Positions 23,165 through 36,785 of a stretch of DNA of 64,000 nt are shown piece after piece; position 1 is the first letter of the stretch, and every line of letters begins with the position of its first letter. Where the stretch lies: positions 24,578,439 to 24,642,438 of the forward strand of contig NC_068984.1 in assembly GCF_001194135.2 (NCBI RefSeq). Direction: 5' to 3'. Under the pieces are notes generated by a model that was given only the letters and a program-made list of their open reading frames with translations, searched no databases and was not told the origin of the DNA. The translations under genes were made by a program, and so were the position numbers. This stretch comes from Octopus bimaculoides. Taxonomy: Eukaryota.

Positions 23165-23473
23165 ACTTCGTGTCAACTACGTGTTACGTTGCTTCGTGCA
23201 ATGCGATTCTTCGATTAAGGTGTGACGTGTCATAAGCAGTGCGCCTGCGCATTAACGTGGCCAAGCTGTTTGAATAGTGACGCTTCATTCAACAATAAGC
23301 TCATTCAACAAAACGCTAGATACACTACTACTGTGCACTGGCGCAACGTTACTACTTGGGGGCCCTCTCCATATTTTCTCCTGTAATGTTTACATAGGCA
23401 TCTCATTAAAACATTGGAGTTGCAGCAACCGGACATCTAGGAGTTTTTTCCCTCCCGATTTGAATATATCATC
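23165..23473 (+). promoter_or_regulatory. PDIA5 core promoter / 5' UTR
   Basis: Locally CpG-rich. TGACGTGTCA at 23223-23232 (UPRE/XBP1-CREB3-like), TGCGCCTGCGCA at 23240-23251 (NRF1-like), ACGTGGCCAAG at 23255-23265 (ERSE-II-like on the - strand). Confidence 0.65.
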
Positions 23474-23533
23474 ATGGCAAATACTTTGGCAAACACGCGT
23501 TTAGCACTACTCATCTTCGTTGTCTTTGTGACG
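23474..23533 (+). CDS. PDIA5: PDIA5 coding exon 1 (signal peptide start)
   Basis: atcATGG start, MANTLANTRLALLIFVVFVT, then donor ACG|GTAAGA (phase 0). Joins exon 2 in frame to complete a signal peptide (..FVVFVTTCLAVTA-SKK). Lies directly downstream of a CpG-rich promoter-like segment. Confidence 0.8.
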
Positions 23534-24559
23534 GTAAGAGTTTTCTTCAACTTCAATTTTTGTTTTCTAAATTTTTTTTTGGAAGACTAATACTTGAAAG
23601 CATCATTAATTATTATTATATTTTTAAAAGCTTCATTTGTATATCAAAATATCTTATGTGTGCGATTTTAAGAATGGACATTGCACTTTCACACGCACGC
23701 GCGCAGATACACACACACACACACACACACGCCCTAATGTACAGGAATTTAATTACTTTCCTTATACGTCTTGATATCACTTAATTAGTTCGTTTACTGG
23801 TATGTATCTCTTCAATTTACACGTTGCATTCTATCGAACGATAGATCCACTTGCTGACTTTGGAGTTCCTATGCACCTACCTACCCCTGTCTGTTTGGTA
23901 AATAAAAACCCGGTCGATGGTCATTTCTCTGCTGTCTAAATGTCACTTATACCCGTCTTAAGTCATTATCAGCAACTTTTCATCAATTTTTGTGCAGCGT
24001 CTCAGATTTGTCGTCACATTCTTAAATTATGTGACAGTACATTTATAAAAACAACGTGAACTTCAGTAGCATGTCTTATTTTTTCACAAGTCACCAAGCC
24101 TGTTTTGTTCATATTAAGATCCCGGTTTTTCTTTTTACTCTAGTATTCCACCAACATGCTGATTATGAATTCTGTAATCCAATATAACACGCACACTGAT
24201 TAGATTAAGGAGAATCTGGTTGAATGTAAGATAAAACCGACGGCATGTTTGTCTTTAAAATCATATACTAAGTAGCATTAATATTTCTTTGGTTCATTTA
24301 GTTTCATTTCTTATTCCATACAATCCACCGATGCTCAATTAATGTTAGTAAACTCCTAGCATGCAGATTCCCCATCCCTTGTTTGTCTAGTTCTTAAGAA
24401 ACTTTTACTAAAATATTTCCGTAAATTTATTTTTTTAAAACACCAGTTGCTACTGATCAAAGTACAGTGAACTTGTTATTTATCCATCTTTCTTCGGTGA
24501 ACTTTCCCTATAAGAATTTAATTACCACCATCAACATCATTTACTTCTGCTTCATGATC

Positions 24560-25060
24560 ATCATCACCATCATCATCATTGTTGTCAATCCATCCATTTT
24601 TCGTTCTTGCTTGGTTTGCACAGATCTTCTTCAGCACAGTGTCTCGTCACTTCTTACAATCTTTTGTCATCTTCTCTGGTTCAACATCCTGGGATTAACA
24701 TTCACCGCCTCTTCCCATGTCTTCTTTGATTTTTCGCAAGTACCTTCCACTGGATCGTTTAGCACTTCTTAACCCAACTGTCATCTCCCGTGCCCTTCAC
24801 ATGCCGATTCCACTTCAGTTCTCTTATTTCTTTTATACTCCATTTATCTCAGTCCATTCGTGCTCCATCATTCAGGCACGCTAGCATTACACATCCTGTG
24901 GAGCATGTTTGCCGTAATTCATTCCAGTCTTAGCACACTCTGCACACCCAATGACTGTTTCACTACCATGCAACATTACATTTCGTACACAAGCATTGTT
25001 GAGTCTGTCCTTCATCCAGAGAAAGAATCTTTTTGATGTCAGCAGAGGTAATCACTATTC
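24560..25060 (-). mobile_element. RTE LINE 3' end
   Basis: KDRLNNACVRNVMLHGSET motif; ends in a (GAT)n tail. Confidence 0.7.
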
Positions 25061-25251
25061 TTTTATTCTATTACTTGTTTCAGTCATTTGACTGCGGCCA
25101 TGCTGGAGCACCGCCTTTTAGTCAAAGACATCGGCTCCAGGGGTTATTCTTTGTAAGCCTGGTACTTATTCTATCAGTTCTTTTATCTAACCGCTAAGTT
25201 ACGGGGACGTAAACAATATCGGTTGTTAAGCCATGGTAATGGGAACGACAG

Positions 25252-25290
<39 letters not shown>

Positions 25291-25641
25291 TATATATATA
25301 TATATATATATATANNNNNNNNNNNNNNNNNNNNNNNNNNNNNNNNNNNNNNNNNNNNNNNNNNNNNNNNNNNNNNNNNNNNNNNNNNNNNNNNNNNNNN
25401 NNNNNNNNNNNNNNNNNNNNNNNNNNNNNNNNNNNNNNNNNNNNNNNNNNNNNNNNNNNNNNNNNNNNNNNNNNNNNNNNNNNNNNNNNNNNNNNNNNNN
25501 NNNNNNNNNNNNNNNNNNNNNNNNNNNNNNNNNNNNNNNNNNNNNNNNNNNNNNNNNNNNNNNNNNNNNNNNNNNNNNNNNNNNNNNNNNNNNNNNNNNN
25601 NNNNNNNNNNNNNNNNNNNNNNNNNNNNNNNNNNNNNNNNN

Positions 25642-25934
25642 CACCGCCTTTAGTCGAGCAAATCGAGCCCAGGACTTATTCTTTGTAAGCCTAGTACTTA
25701 TTCTATCGGTCTCTTTTGTCGAACCGCTAAGTTATAGGGACGTAAACACACCAGCATCGGTTGTCAAGCGATGTTGGGGGGACAAACACACACACACATA
25801 TATATACATATACATATATGTACAACGGGCTTCTTTCAGTTTCCGTCTACCAAATCCACTCCCAAGGCTTTGGTCAGCCCGAGGCTATAGTAGAAGACAC
25901 TTGCCCAATGTGGTTCGTAAGCAAGCTACTTACC
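25642..25934 (-). mobile_element. tRNA-derived SINE (GGCGCAGG family)
   Basis: Reverse complement of 27848-28237 with an internal deletion; a second partial copy lies at 25065-25265. Confidence 0.85.
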
Positions 25935-26039
25935 ACACAGCCACTCCTGCGCCTATTTGAACAAAATTATTAGATGGGTGCTTCTTGCTAGAGTGGGGTT
26001 TATCTAGATTTAATCATGAGAATTAGGCTAGCCTTGGAC

Positions 26040-26700
26040 AGCTGATCTTAAAATCTTCTATTATGGTTTGGAGAGCTATAATAAACAGGATGGAGTTGAG
26101 GACTAAATTACCTACTGAACTTGTTAATTTTCAGCTTGCTGATGATATCTCTATACATGATTTGCATGGTTCTCACTGGTAAAAACACAATCATCTATCC
26201 ATATTACAAGGTATGGTATTCCATTGTATGACTGTAGTAACTACAGAGCAATATACTTTGTCGAATGTTTTCTCCAGGTTAACAGATGCTATGTATAGTG
26301 ATTTTCTCTGTGCAAAGAACTTTTTTCCTGTAGTTGTTTTACCAAGAAGAGTGTTTTAGTAGCTGGTACCCTATTCTAGCACAAACCTTGAACTTCATTT
26401 CATCTAAGTTAATTTTCTTCTTAATTAGTTGGTCCATAATTGCTTCTTTCTAGGACATCTCCTTTATCCTGTGTGAAACTAACAGTACAGCTATACCAGT
26501 CACTGGCAGTAACCTCTTCTTGTACCACATGATTGATTACATGAATGAGTAGTGCATGTTCTTCTTCACTTGATTCGTTCAGCATCTCAGCATGATGGTC
26601 CTGAATAGTGATTTCAACCATATAGCTATCAGTTTCAAAAGCAGGGTCTCCTTGAAGTTGACTGTATATCTCCTATGCATTCTCCTTATTCAACAACTTC
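26040..26700 (-). mobile_element. RTE LINE RT fragments
   Basis: DWYSCTVSFTQDKGDVLERSNY; LYIASVNLEKTFDKV. Confidence 0.65.
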
Positions 26701-27229
26701 TTATAATAGCATTTCTTCTCAGTCTCTTATATGATTGGAAATATAACTTTGAAGTATTCATGACGTCATAGTGAGGATCTGATCAAAGACTGCATTTGTA
26801 AAAAGTAGGAGAAAACTTCCGATGTAAATGAAGTGAAAGTATACAAAAATAAATATAATTTTCCTTCTTACTGTTAATTTTGTTTCAGTTTGAAAAGTAA
26901 AAATTTATTCTATGGTTTATTATTGTTTATATTTTGAATTACATATATATATGGGAGTACCAAAATCTTTTAAGTACTTAAGGTCTCTATGGGTCTTAAT
27001 CTGGCCCTGATCTTACATGAGCTATAAAGCTCAGGTGTGACCCACATTAGTGTAGTGGGGCTGAAGTATTTCCTGATCTTAAATTTCATATTGAAGTGGA
27101 GAGTGTGTATGACATTTTTTTTTGGTGATATGTGTAGTGATTGTGTTTTATATTTGCACTAAATGCACAATTTTGAATACTTTTCTGTGCTTTTTATATA
27201 TTTCGGTCAAGATTTCTTTCCAAGTATTG

Positions 27230-27700
27230 TACTCTTTAGAAGTTTAGTCTTTGTTGGGCTGAACAGTCAGCCTTTAAACTATAGAAGATTGGAACTTTAC
27301 TCTGTAGGTCTTTCGCAGATTCTGCCATGAGAACCAGGTCATCAACAAGTCAAAGTTTACAATTATACCCAACTGAAATTCAATATGTGTTGATATTACA
27401 CGTGGCCATATGCATCATTTATTTAGTTTTTTTTCTTTAAAATACTTGATCAGTTAATTCACATCGATATAGGTGATAGTATTTGGCAGGCTTTCACATC
27501 CTGTAATCTGGTGAACAGTGAGAAAGCTAGATGCCATTTCATTCATTTACTGAGATTAAGCATATATTGATTTTGTGCTAATATCATTGGTTGAGGTGAG
27601 TTCTTCTGTTAAAGGATTTGACCTCTTGAACAAAATATTAATTCATACAGTGTTTCTGCAACTTGCAACAGTGGGTTGTACCTTTATGATATCAGTACTT
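27230..27700 (-). mobile_element. LINE RT fragment
   Basis: LVDDLVLMAESAKDLQSK (ADD motif) near 27290-27360. Confidence 0.55.
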
Positions 27701-27847
27701 GATTTCATAGCATAGTGGACGGAACCAGTGCATGTGTTAAATGATAAAAAGACCCCCCCCCTTCTGTCATGAATGACCATGAGATTGCACCTAGAAATTG
27801 TGAACCTGATGCTCTAACCACTGAGCCATGTGCCTTAAATGATATAT

Positions 27848-28237
27848 AGGCGCAGGAGTGGCTGTGTGGTAAGTAGCTTGCTTACCAACCACATGGTTCC
27901 AGGTTCAGTCCCACTGCATGGCACCTTGGGTAAGTGTCTTCTACTATAGCCTCAGGCCGACCAAAGCCTTATGAGTGGATTTGGTAGACGGAAACTGAAA
28001 AGAAGCCCGTCGTATATATGTATATGTATATATATGTGTGTGTTTGTTTGTCCGTGTTTGTCCCCCCCAACATCGATTGACAACCGATGCTGGTGTGTTT
28101 ATGTCCCCGTAACTTAGCAGTTCGGCAAAAGAGACCAATAGAATAAGTACTAGGCTTACAAAAAAATAAGTCCTGAGGTCAATTTGCTCGACTAAAGGCG
28201 GTGCCCCAGCATGGCCGACAAGTAAAGTAAAGAGAGT
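27848..28237 (+). mobile_element. Near-full-length tRNA-derived SINE (GGCGCAGGAGTGGCTGTGTGG family)
   Basis: tRNA-like head, CTTGGGTAAGTGTCTTCTACTATAGCC core, internal TA/TG microsatellite, AAAGGCGGTGCCCCAGCATGGCC tail. Confidence 0.9.
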
Positions 28238-29089
28238 ATATATGTATATATATATTTTATTATATGTATTTATTTTCTCCTAGTAAAAAAGTATGCAGTT
28301 ATAATATGCGTTTACTCCATTCATTAAATTTATATATATATATATATATACTGTATATATACTCCAACCCATGCTAGCATGGAAAGCGGATGTTAAATGA
28401 TAATGATGATGTTCTTCAACTGATTTCATTTATTGGACTGTAGTCACACTGAAGTACACATAGCCTTCAAAGGTTTTAATTGATCATATTGTCTCCATTA
28501 ATTTTTATCAATCTCTATTTGTCAAACTGCTAAGTTTGAGACATATACAACATTGATTTTCAGGCAGAAGTAAATACAAATACCCACACTGTTTAATGTG
28601 TTTTTCCATGCTAGCATAAGTTGGATGAAGAGTTATAAGAGGTAGCATTTTATGGGTGGTTACTCTTGCTGCAACCAAATCTTACTTACCTGTTCTTGAG
28701 ATGAGGGTCTTGTTTTTCCACATGCACACACGTGTGCGTGCAACAGTCTTTTTTTTATTTCGAGTTCAACAATTTATTGGTTGAATTGAGACAGTAGAAG
28801 AAATTTAAGAGATTGGTGAAGCTGGAAATGGTTGCGAAGTAAACTGTTTAACCATGCAGCCATGTAAAAAGCACATGTGCTGATGCCATGTAAAATGCAC
28901 CTAGTACACTCTGAGGAGTGGTTGGTATTAGGAAGAGCATCCAGCCATAGAAACCTTACCAAAACAGACAATTGGAGCCTGATGCAGTTCTCTGGCTTGC
29001 CAGCTTCTGTCAAACTGTCCAACCTGTGGCAGTGTGGGAAACAGATTTTAAGTGATGATAATATAAGCCTTAGACAGACAACCTAGTGC

Positions 29090-30040
29090 AAGCTTCGGAC
29101 ATATGAGAGGTGTAACAGCATTATAAGAAGGTTAACAGAGAAAATAATCTTTGTGTGTGGCAAATGTGTGGGTACAATAAGCACTAAAACTGTGCAGACA
29201 ATAGACTCTATCAAATGCTCAGACAGATCATTAGAAGTTGTAGATAGCTTTTGTTACCTAGCAGACCAAGTTAGCAGTGGAGGAAGTTCCGAGTTTCTAC
29301 CTTTGTTGGTAACTAAGGGTCTCTCCTTCAGAGTGAAAGGCAGATTGTATGATGCCTGTGTATGTACAGCTATGCTATATGGCAATGAAACATGGGCTTT
29401 GACTACAGAGGACTTGCAAAGGCTTGAAAGAAATGAAGCTAGTATGCTCTGCTATATGGGTAATGTCAGTATGTATGCATGACAGAATGTAAATGATTTA
29501 AGAGGAAAACTGGGTATAAGAGGCATCAGATGTTGTGTGCAAGAGAGATGACTGTGCTGGTTTGGTCATGTGATGCATATGGATGAGGACAGCTGCATAA
29601 AGAAGTGCTGAGCACTAACTGTGGAGGGAACTTGTGGAAGAGATAGACCCAGGAAGACATGAAGTGGTGTGAAAGGATCTCAGATGCTGGGCCTCACTGA
29701 GGAAATGGCATGGTACCAGGAGTTGTGATTTGCTGTACTTGAGAAGACATGTCAAGCTAAGTAAAATTGCTGTCGTCCATACGTACAGGCTTGTCCTGTG
29801 CTGGTACTGGTGCCACATAAAAATGCACTTGTGCTAGTGCTGCAGAAATGCGCCTGTGCTGGCGGCATGTAAAAAGCACCTGACACACTCTGCAAAGTGG
29901 TTGGCATTAAGAAGGCCAGCCAGTCATAGAAACCATGCCACAACAGACAATTGGAGACTTAACAGCTCCCCTGCTGGCCAGCTCCATGTCAAACTGTCCA
30001 ACCCATTTCCAGCATGGAAAATGGACATTAAATGATGATT
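29090..30040 (+). mobile_element. RTE LINE 3' end with 3' UTR
   Basis: SLEVVDSFCYLADQVSSGG..KGRLYDACVCTAMLYGNETW..RLERNEASML; UTR ends GGAAAATGGACATTAAATGATGAT. Confidence 0.85.
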
Positions 30041-30265
30041 TATATATATATATATATATAGTTACTATGAGGATATTTAGACCTCTTATAGGGATATTTT
30101 TATCCTAGATACACTGATTTAGTATATTGTATTTTGAAGAGATATTTCTTCAATGAATATATTATATAAAATATCAAATATTATTAAGTTTGCAAATGAA
30201 GAATACTAATGAATACATTTGTATCCATTAGATCTGTCTGTTTTCAAACTTAATAATTATATATG

Positions 30266-30306
<41 letters not shown>

Positions 30307-31642
30307 NNNNNNNNNNTAACGTCCGCTTTCCATGCTAGCATGGGTTGGACGATTTGACTGAGGACTGGTGAACCAGATGGCTACACCAGGCTCCAATCTG
30401 ATCTCTCTCTCTCTATATATATATATATGTATGGATGGACGGAAGGACATATGTACTGTTCATCATTTATTGTCTCCTTTTCCATACTGGCATGGGTTAA
30501 GCTGTTTCATATGGAACTGACCAGCCAGTGGGGCATGCTAAACTTCAATGTCTGCATGGTTTCTACAGTTAGATGCCCTTCCTGATACCAACCACTTTAC
30601 TGAATGTGCTGTGTACTTTTTTCATGGTATCAGCACTGACGAGGTTACCAAGTACTTGCAAAACAAGGCCCCTTGACTGAAGGGTTATAGCATTAAGGGA
30701 TACAAAAAAATGGTAGTGGGACAGGAGCAGGTGTCTTGCTGAAGAGATGAATACATGGCTTCCCCATCAAGAAAGAAAAAGAGAAATGTGAGGCCAAGGT
30801 ACAAAGTGAACATAAGAGTGAGAATTGAGGTAGAAAAAACAAATTGGGTAGATAGGTAAGTGTTTCTAAAATGAACAAAAAAAAAATGTACTTGAATTCG
30901 TAGATCTCTTGGGTGTGTATTGTGGTATATCCAGTTTCATTTCTCATTAGGACTCATTTCACTTCTTTCATGTTGCTCACATTAGAAACTTGATTGGCCA
31001 CTTGGAAAGATGTCTCTTTATTTCTGGTATATACTCTAAACAACTATTGTTAAAAACTCCTTTGATTTATATTGCTTATTGATTGGAATAGGTTTGTGTT
31101 AGTATGTGTTTTTCTTGCAATTTTTAATTATTAACAGCTATATCTCATCTGTAATGGATCACAGTGTGATGAATTTGTTTGGTGGATATGTTCTGCTAAT
31201 TCATTTGCAATTAGAGCATTATTGTTACTACAGTTTATTGATTTCTTCTGGAGCAGCTTGTGGAACAGTTGTGCGTGTGTGTGTGTGTATGTATGTGTGT
31301 GCATTTAGATATATATATATATATATATATATATCATGTGTTTGCTGGCACAGACTTGAACATTACAAACATATATATATATATATATATATATAGCTTT
31401 GTATATATAAATAAATAATGGCTTGTTTGTTTATAGCGAATTCATTATTTATAACATTATAAATTGATTTTTTTTTATAGAGGCACAAAACACAAAGCCT
31501 CTCTTATTTGAATAGCGAAAAATATATCACTCACAATACACTTGTCTTTTTAAGAACAGTAGCAATAAAGAAGATTCATTGAGATAGCAATAACTGTGAA
31601 TCAGACATATGTCACAGACTTGATTTGTTGTGACTCCAAATA

Positions 31643-31645
<3 letters not shown>

Positions 31646-31704
<59 letters not shown>
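31646..31704. repeat. (TA)n microsatellite
   Basis: Direct reading. Confidence 0.95.
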
Positions 31705-31708
<4 letters not shown>

Positions 31709-33529
31709 TACTGGATCAACTAACATTGTGTTATGCAAATACACTTGCTTTCTCAGCATTCTAAATCAGACTCTAATTTGAATTAAAGTTGTTTAGTGAT
31801 TTTCCTGGTCAATATAGTTTATTAAGTGGTTAATGTATGCTATTTTAGAGATTGCTTAACCAGAAGTATTATTCATTGAGAGATCTTTAACTCTTTAACA
31901 GCAAAATTAAATTTCATGTTTATTATGGCAATGATATTAAATACCTACCAAAAAATAGAATTAGTAATTTCAGAAAGTCCTGTTGCCTCAATAAACTTGA
32001 GAACCTGGACATAATAAATAATAAAAATTGAAAAATAATTAACATTCTTTAGCAAGAGACCGCCTGGTATATAAAACTATTTTCCACAGTTAAGGGTAAT
32101 GAAACTTAGAGTGGATATGTCTTGTTTCCACAGTAAAAGGATTAACATAAGACATTGGAACTTGGCAAACCAATATCATTGCCTTTCACTTCGTTTACAT
32201 AGCTATTGCTTTTGAGAAAACATGAATGTCACACAATCTCATTTCCTTTCTTTTCATTCTTGTAGCTTGGTACCTTTGTCAAAAATCGATATCTTTGAAA
32301 TTTGGCTGAAGCGGAATCAATATTTTATTTAAAGGTGTTTTAAATAACTGATATACATAAAAATAGAGTGTAACATAAAGAAGGAAGTGGTTAAACTGAA
32401 GTATTCTACACTTATAGTCAAGAGGGAAATTGGTTGTTTCATATATATGTCTGTGTATCTGTGTGTTATAGCTTAATTAAAGATTAGTAGTATAAAAAGA
32501 TACCTTTACTCTCAAGCTACATTTAATCAATTTTCACGGCTGATTGACATTTACATGAAATCTGTGTGCCTACTTTCAGATTTCACTACATATATATTAA
32601 GATCTATGTTATTTGTCTGCTAATTTCAGATTGGTTTCTCTGTCAGGGATGTTTTGTTAGTTTTCCAAAAATACTTTTACTCTTAGATTCATTGGTTGGA
32701 TAACTACTGCTTAGAGCAAGCTGACAGATGTTGGTGTCATTACTAAACTACTGTTACTTACTGTATCGATGTATTTTGCACTGTAGTTACTTTACTATCA
32801 GTTTCCATCTCACTTGTTTGTAAACACTGAAACAGACAAAGAAAAGAAAGGAAAAACAGTCTTTTCCCTAGACATGAAATGAAGATATAATGATGCTGAT
32901 GGAGATGAAGACAGAGTGGTTGTTTGTTGAATATATTTCCTATTTCATTTCTCCTGATGACATAGCACACCCATTTTATTATAATAAATGTATCCCAAGC
33001 CAACAAGAAGCCTTTATATGGTTACTAAACCTGCTGGAAATAGTAACCAAATCGCCTCAAATTATACCTGCCATTGTAGAAAAGTATATAAGTATGTATT
33101 AGGTAATGTGATCATAGAAATGGGAGGAGGCAGGATGGCCATGGCTAGAATGCATTTGGTAATAGTTCTACATGATCAGGGCTGACTCAAAACTACAGGA
33201 TGTCATCAATGTAGACTATATCCTTATCTTTTAATGTAATATGTATGCGTAGATAATTTATTTCAAACACTTTACCACATCAAAACCTGTTAACTACTTA
33301 GTTTGACTATTGCCATCAAATTGTTATTAATTTCAAAACAGATGTTAGGTTTTAAACACAAATGAAGCAAATATTTATTCATACTTTCCCACCCACACTT
33401 GTGTGATGTAAATAACCATGTTCTTGTCTCTTCCTTCATACTTTATCTTTTCATCACCCAGTATAAAGCTGCCTCCTTCTTTCATTAATGTAGTTCCACT
33501 CAATCAAAGTGGATCTTAATCTTCCAAAT

Positions 33530-33742
33530 TACATGGTGACCTTACTAGCGCTGGTACCACACCAAAAGGTACCCAATACACTATGTAAAATGTTTGGTGT
33601 TAGGAAGGTCATCCAACTGTAGAAACTTTATCAAAGCAGACATTGGAGCATGAAACAAACCTCTAACTTGTCAGATCCTGTCACCATCGAACCCATGTCT
33701 GCATGAAAGATGGTTGTTAAAAGGTGATGATGATGATGATGA
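33530..33742 (+). mobile_element. RTE 3' UTR-derived repeat
   Basis: Aligns to 29860-30040; (GAT)n tail. Further copies near 28850, 30310, 41260, 43450 and 52520. Confidence 0.7.
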
Positions 33743-34014
33743 CTTTAATTCAGTCTGTATCTAGATCTTAATTTTAGAGATGCTGGCATCAGTTTATAAA
33801 AGTAGCATGAACAATTATGATGTTGCCTTTCTTACAAACACAACTGTTTCTGACCAGCAATTGAAACTACATATTATTGTTGTAGTTGAAACTTGTTGTT
33901 GGCCCTGATGAAGCAGAGCCTTCAGAATTAATGATGTTTTATGGGTGGCCTGCCTGTCAATTTTCAAAAAAGACATCTTAGATCATAGTATCTAATGTAT
34001 TTCTTTCTTTTTAA

Positions 34015-34232
34015 CCCTTTAGCATTTAAAATGATCATATCTGGCCCAAATATTCTACCTGTTCTGTGTGAACTGGCCAGATCCAGCCTCTCACACCTAT
34101 TCTGCAATGTCATTCTAAAAATAAGCAATAACACCATTGAAATTTTGAAGCTATGAGGTAATGCACAAGTAATTCAAAACAATGTGAATAAATAAGCATT
34201 ACATTTGACATGGTAATCTGAATGCCATAGGG
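34015..34232. mobile_element. piggyBac-type MITE
   Basis: TTAA|CCCTTTAGCATT ... AATGCCATAGGG|CTAG (degenerate right TIR and TTAA). Confidence 0.6.
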
Positions 34233-35054
34233 CTAGGACAGTAGAGTATAATTTGAAGAATATTTGGGTCGACATTTCTCACAAGTTAGCTGGTGGAGTA
34301 GATATTGGTTTGACCATGTAGTGTTGGGAAGTCACTGCTAGATTGTAGCACTTTTCACATATTAACATTTCAGATTAATATCAAATGTGTGGTGGTTGTT
34401 GTCATCATGAAAGCTACTTTGTAGTCGTTCAATCAGCTGTATATAATAGCCATGCTTTCCTTCAAAGAACGCACATTGTTTTATCTACTTTTCCATGAGT
34501 GGTTCTGTCAGAAGTAAACTTATTGGGGCAAAATTTTCTACAGCTGGCACTCTTCATGTCACCAATTGCAACCTGTTTCCAAGTGGGGTAATAATCTAGT
34601 TTATCAAAAAAAAAACAAAAAAAAAAAAACAAGCATGCTTAAGTGGAGAACTGGAAACAAACAACACTAAAATGAACCTCTTGTTTACAAAGTAGCAAAC
34701 AAAGCACACATAGATGAGGAAAAGATGAAATTAGTCATACAACCACACACATACACTCATACATGATGAGTTGAGTTTCTTTCAGTTTCTGCCCACCAAA
34801 TCTAGCCATAAGGCTTTGATTGGTCTAGAGTTGTAGTAGAAGACACTTGCCCAAGATACCACGCAGTGGGACTCAACACCAAAGAAAAAAGGGCTGTGGT
34901 TAGAACATCAATCATAGTTGTGAATATAAGCAACTTAACCTGCAGTGGGTTACTGTAAGGTATATTGTAGGCTACCCAGCTCATGCAAGACTGACATTGG
35001 CAACTAATGACTTAAGCTATGTCTAACCTAATAGCATTATCTAATAGTTAGTTG

Positions 35055-35350
35055 AAGGTGCATGGCTCAGTGGTTAGAGCATTGGGCTCACAATCACAAG
35101 GTAGTGAGTTTGATTTCCAGGTCGGGCTGTGTGTTGTGTTCTTGAGCAAGACACTTTATTTCATGTTGCTCCAGTTCACTCAGCTGTAAAAATGAGTTGC
35201 AACGCCACTGGTGCCAAGCTGTATCGGCCTTTGCCTTTCCCTTGGATAACATCAGTGGCTTGGAGAGGGGAGGCTGGTGTACATGGGTGACTGCTCGTCT
35301 TCCATAAACAACCTTGCCCAGACTTGTGCCTTGGAGGTTAACTTTCTAGG
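35055..35350 (+). mobile_element. tRNA-derived SINE with CTTGAGCAAGACACTT core
   Basis: TGGCTCAGTGGTTAGAGC A box, B-box remnant, CORE/V-like domain. Confidence 0.75.
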
Positions 35351-35399
35351 TGCACAGAGAGAGGTAAAGGCTATACCCTTTACCTCTCTCTGTGCTATG

Positions 35400-35960
35400 A
35401 GGCACATAAGGCTGTAACATGATCTCTCCAACCAGGTCTGTTTCCTACCACTGTTCTGGTCGCATACCAATTCTCCACCTTTGTTATTTCCTTTCCTTGT
35501 CTATGGTCCTTTACCATGTGGTTTTAAGGTGCCCTTCTGCTCTTTTTCCCTCAGGCTACCACTCCAGTGCTGCCATATAATTACTTCCTTGATTTTATCT
35601 GAGGATGTGTCCGAGCCAATTCCAGCTTCTGGGTCTTATTTCATCATTGATCCTGTCGCTGCCTGCTGTCGTCACAATTGCATCATTTCGGACTCTCCGT
35701 AGCCACTTGATGTCAAGTATTCTCCCTAAGCATGTGAATTGGAAGCTGTCTATTGCATTTTTTCTTCCATTTTTGTCACTTTTCAGTTTTCACATCCATA
35801 GAGTAACACTGGTCAGGCCAATATCTGGAACAGCTTCAGCTTCATTTTGTGGTCTATACCTTTGCTTCTCCACACCCTGTTACATTGTGGAATGCTCTCT
35901 AGGCTTTGGATATTCTGTTCTTTATATCTACTATTCCTTCTCCATCTTTTTTTACTGTCC
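35400..35960 (-). mobile_element. RTE-clade LINE C-terminal fragment
   Basis: IDSFQFTCLGRILDIKW..EIRPRSWNWLGHILR..EW*PEGKRAEGHLKTTW. Confidence 0.8.
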
Positions 35961-36237
35961 CCTTAAGATGAACAGATTTTGAAATTATCAGATCTCTTTA
36001 CATTTACTCACTGTCTTACTTCAAATTAAACAAAACCTTTATTTTTGCTGACTGTATCTTGAATTCTGTTCTTCCCTTAAATACATTATTATTATGTTAA
36101 TTGCATAATTCATATTATGTTTACGTAAACATATAATCACATAATGATATAATGATTTTGTATATTTAATAACTTGATTAGTTTAAATGTCATATATAAA
36201 CTTTTGGTAGTATGCATACCAACATGTGTATATGTTT

Positions 36238-36390
36238 GCATGCAGATATGGCTGTGTGGTTGAGAGCTTCCCTTCCCAACCATGTGGATTCAGGTTCAAT
36301 CTCACTGTGCTGCACCTTTCACAAGTGCTTTTTACTTTAGTGCAGGACAACCAAAGCTTTGTGAGTGGATTTGATAGACAAAAATTGAAT
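36238..36390 (+). mobile_element. SINE 5' half (GGCGCAGG family)
   Basis: GGCTGTGTGGTTGAGAGCTTCC head. Confidence 0.7.
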
Positions 36391-36419
36391 TATATATATA
36401 TATATTCTTTTTCTTTTAT

Positions 36420-36785
36420 TTTTTTTACTTGTTTCAGTCATTTGACTGTGGCGATGCTGGAGCACCACCTTTAGTCGAACAAATTGACCCCAGAACTTAT
36501 TCTTTGTAAGCCTAGTACTTATTCTATTGGTCTATATTACTGAATTGCTAAGTTACGGGGGACATAAACACATCAGCATCAGTTGTCAAGCGATGTTGGG
36601 AGGAAAAACACAGATACACACACACACACACACACACACATACACAACAGGCTTCTTCTTTCAGTTTCCGTCTACCAAATCCATACACAAGGCTTTGGTC
36701 GGCCCGAGGCTATAGTAGAAGGCACTTGTCCAAGGTTCCACGCAGTGGGATTGAACCCAGAATCACACAGCCATTCCTGTGCCTA
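36420..36785 (-). mobile_element. SINE (GGCGCAGG family)
   Basis: Reverse complement of 27848-28237. Confidence 0.85.
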
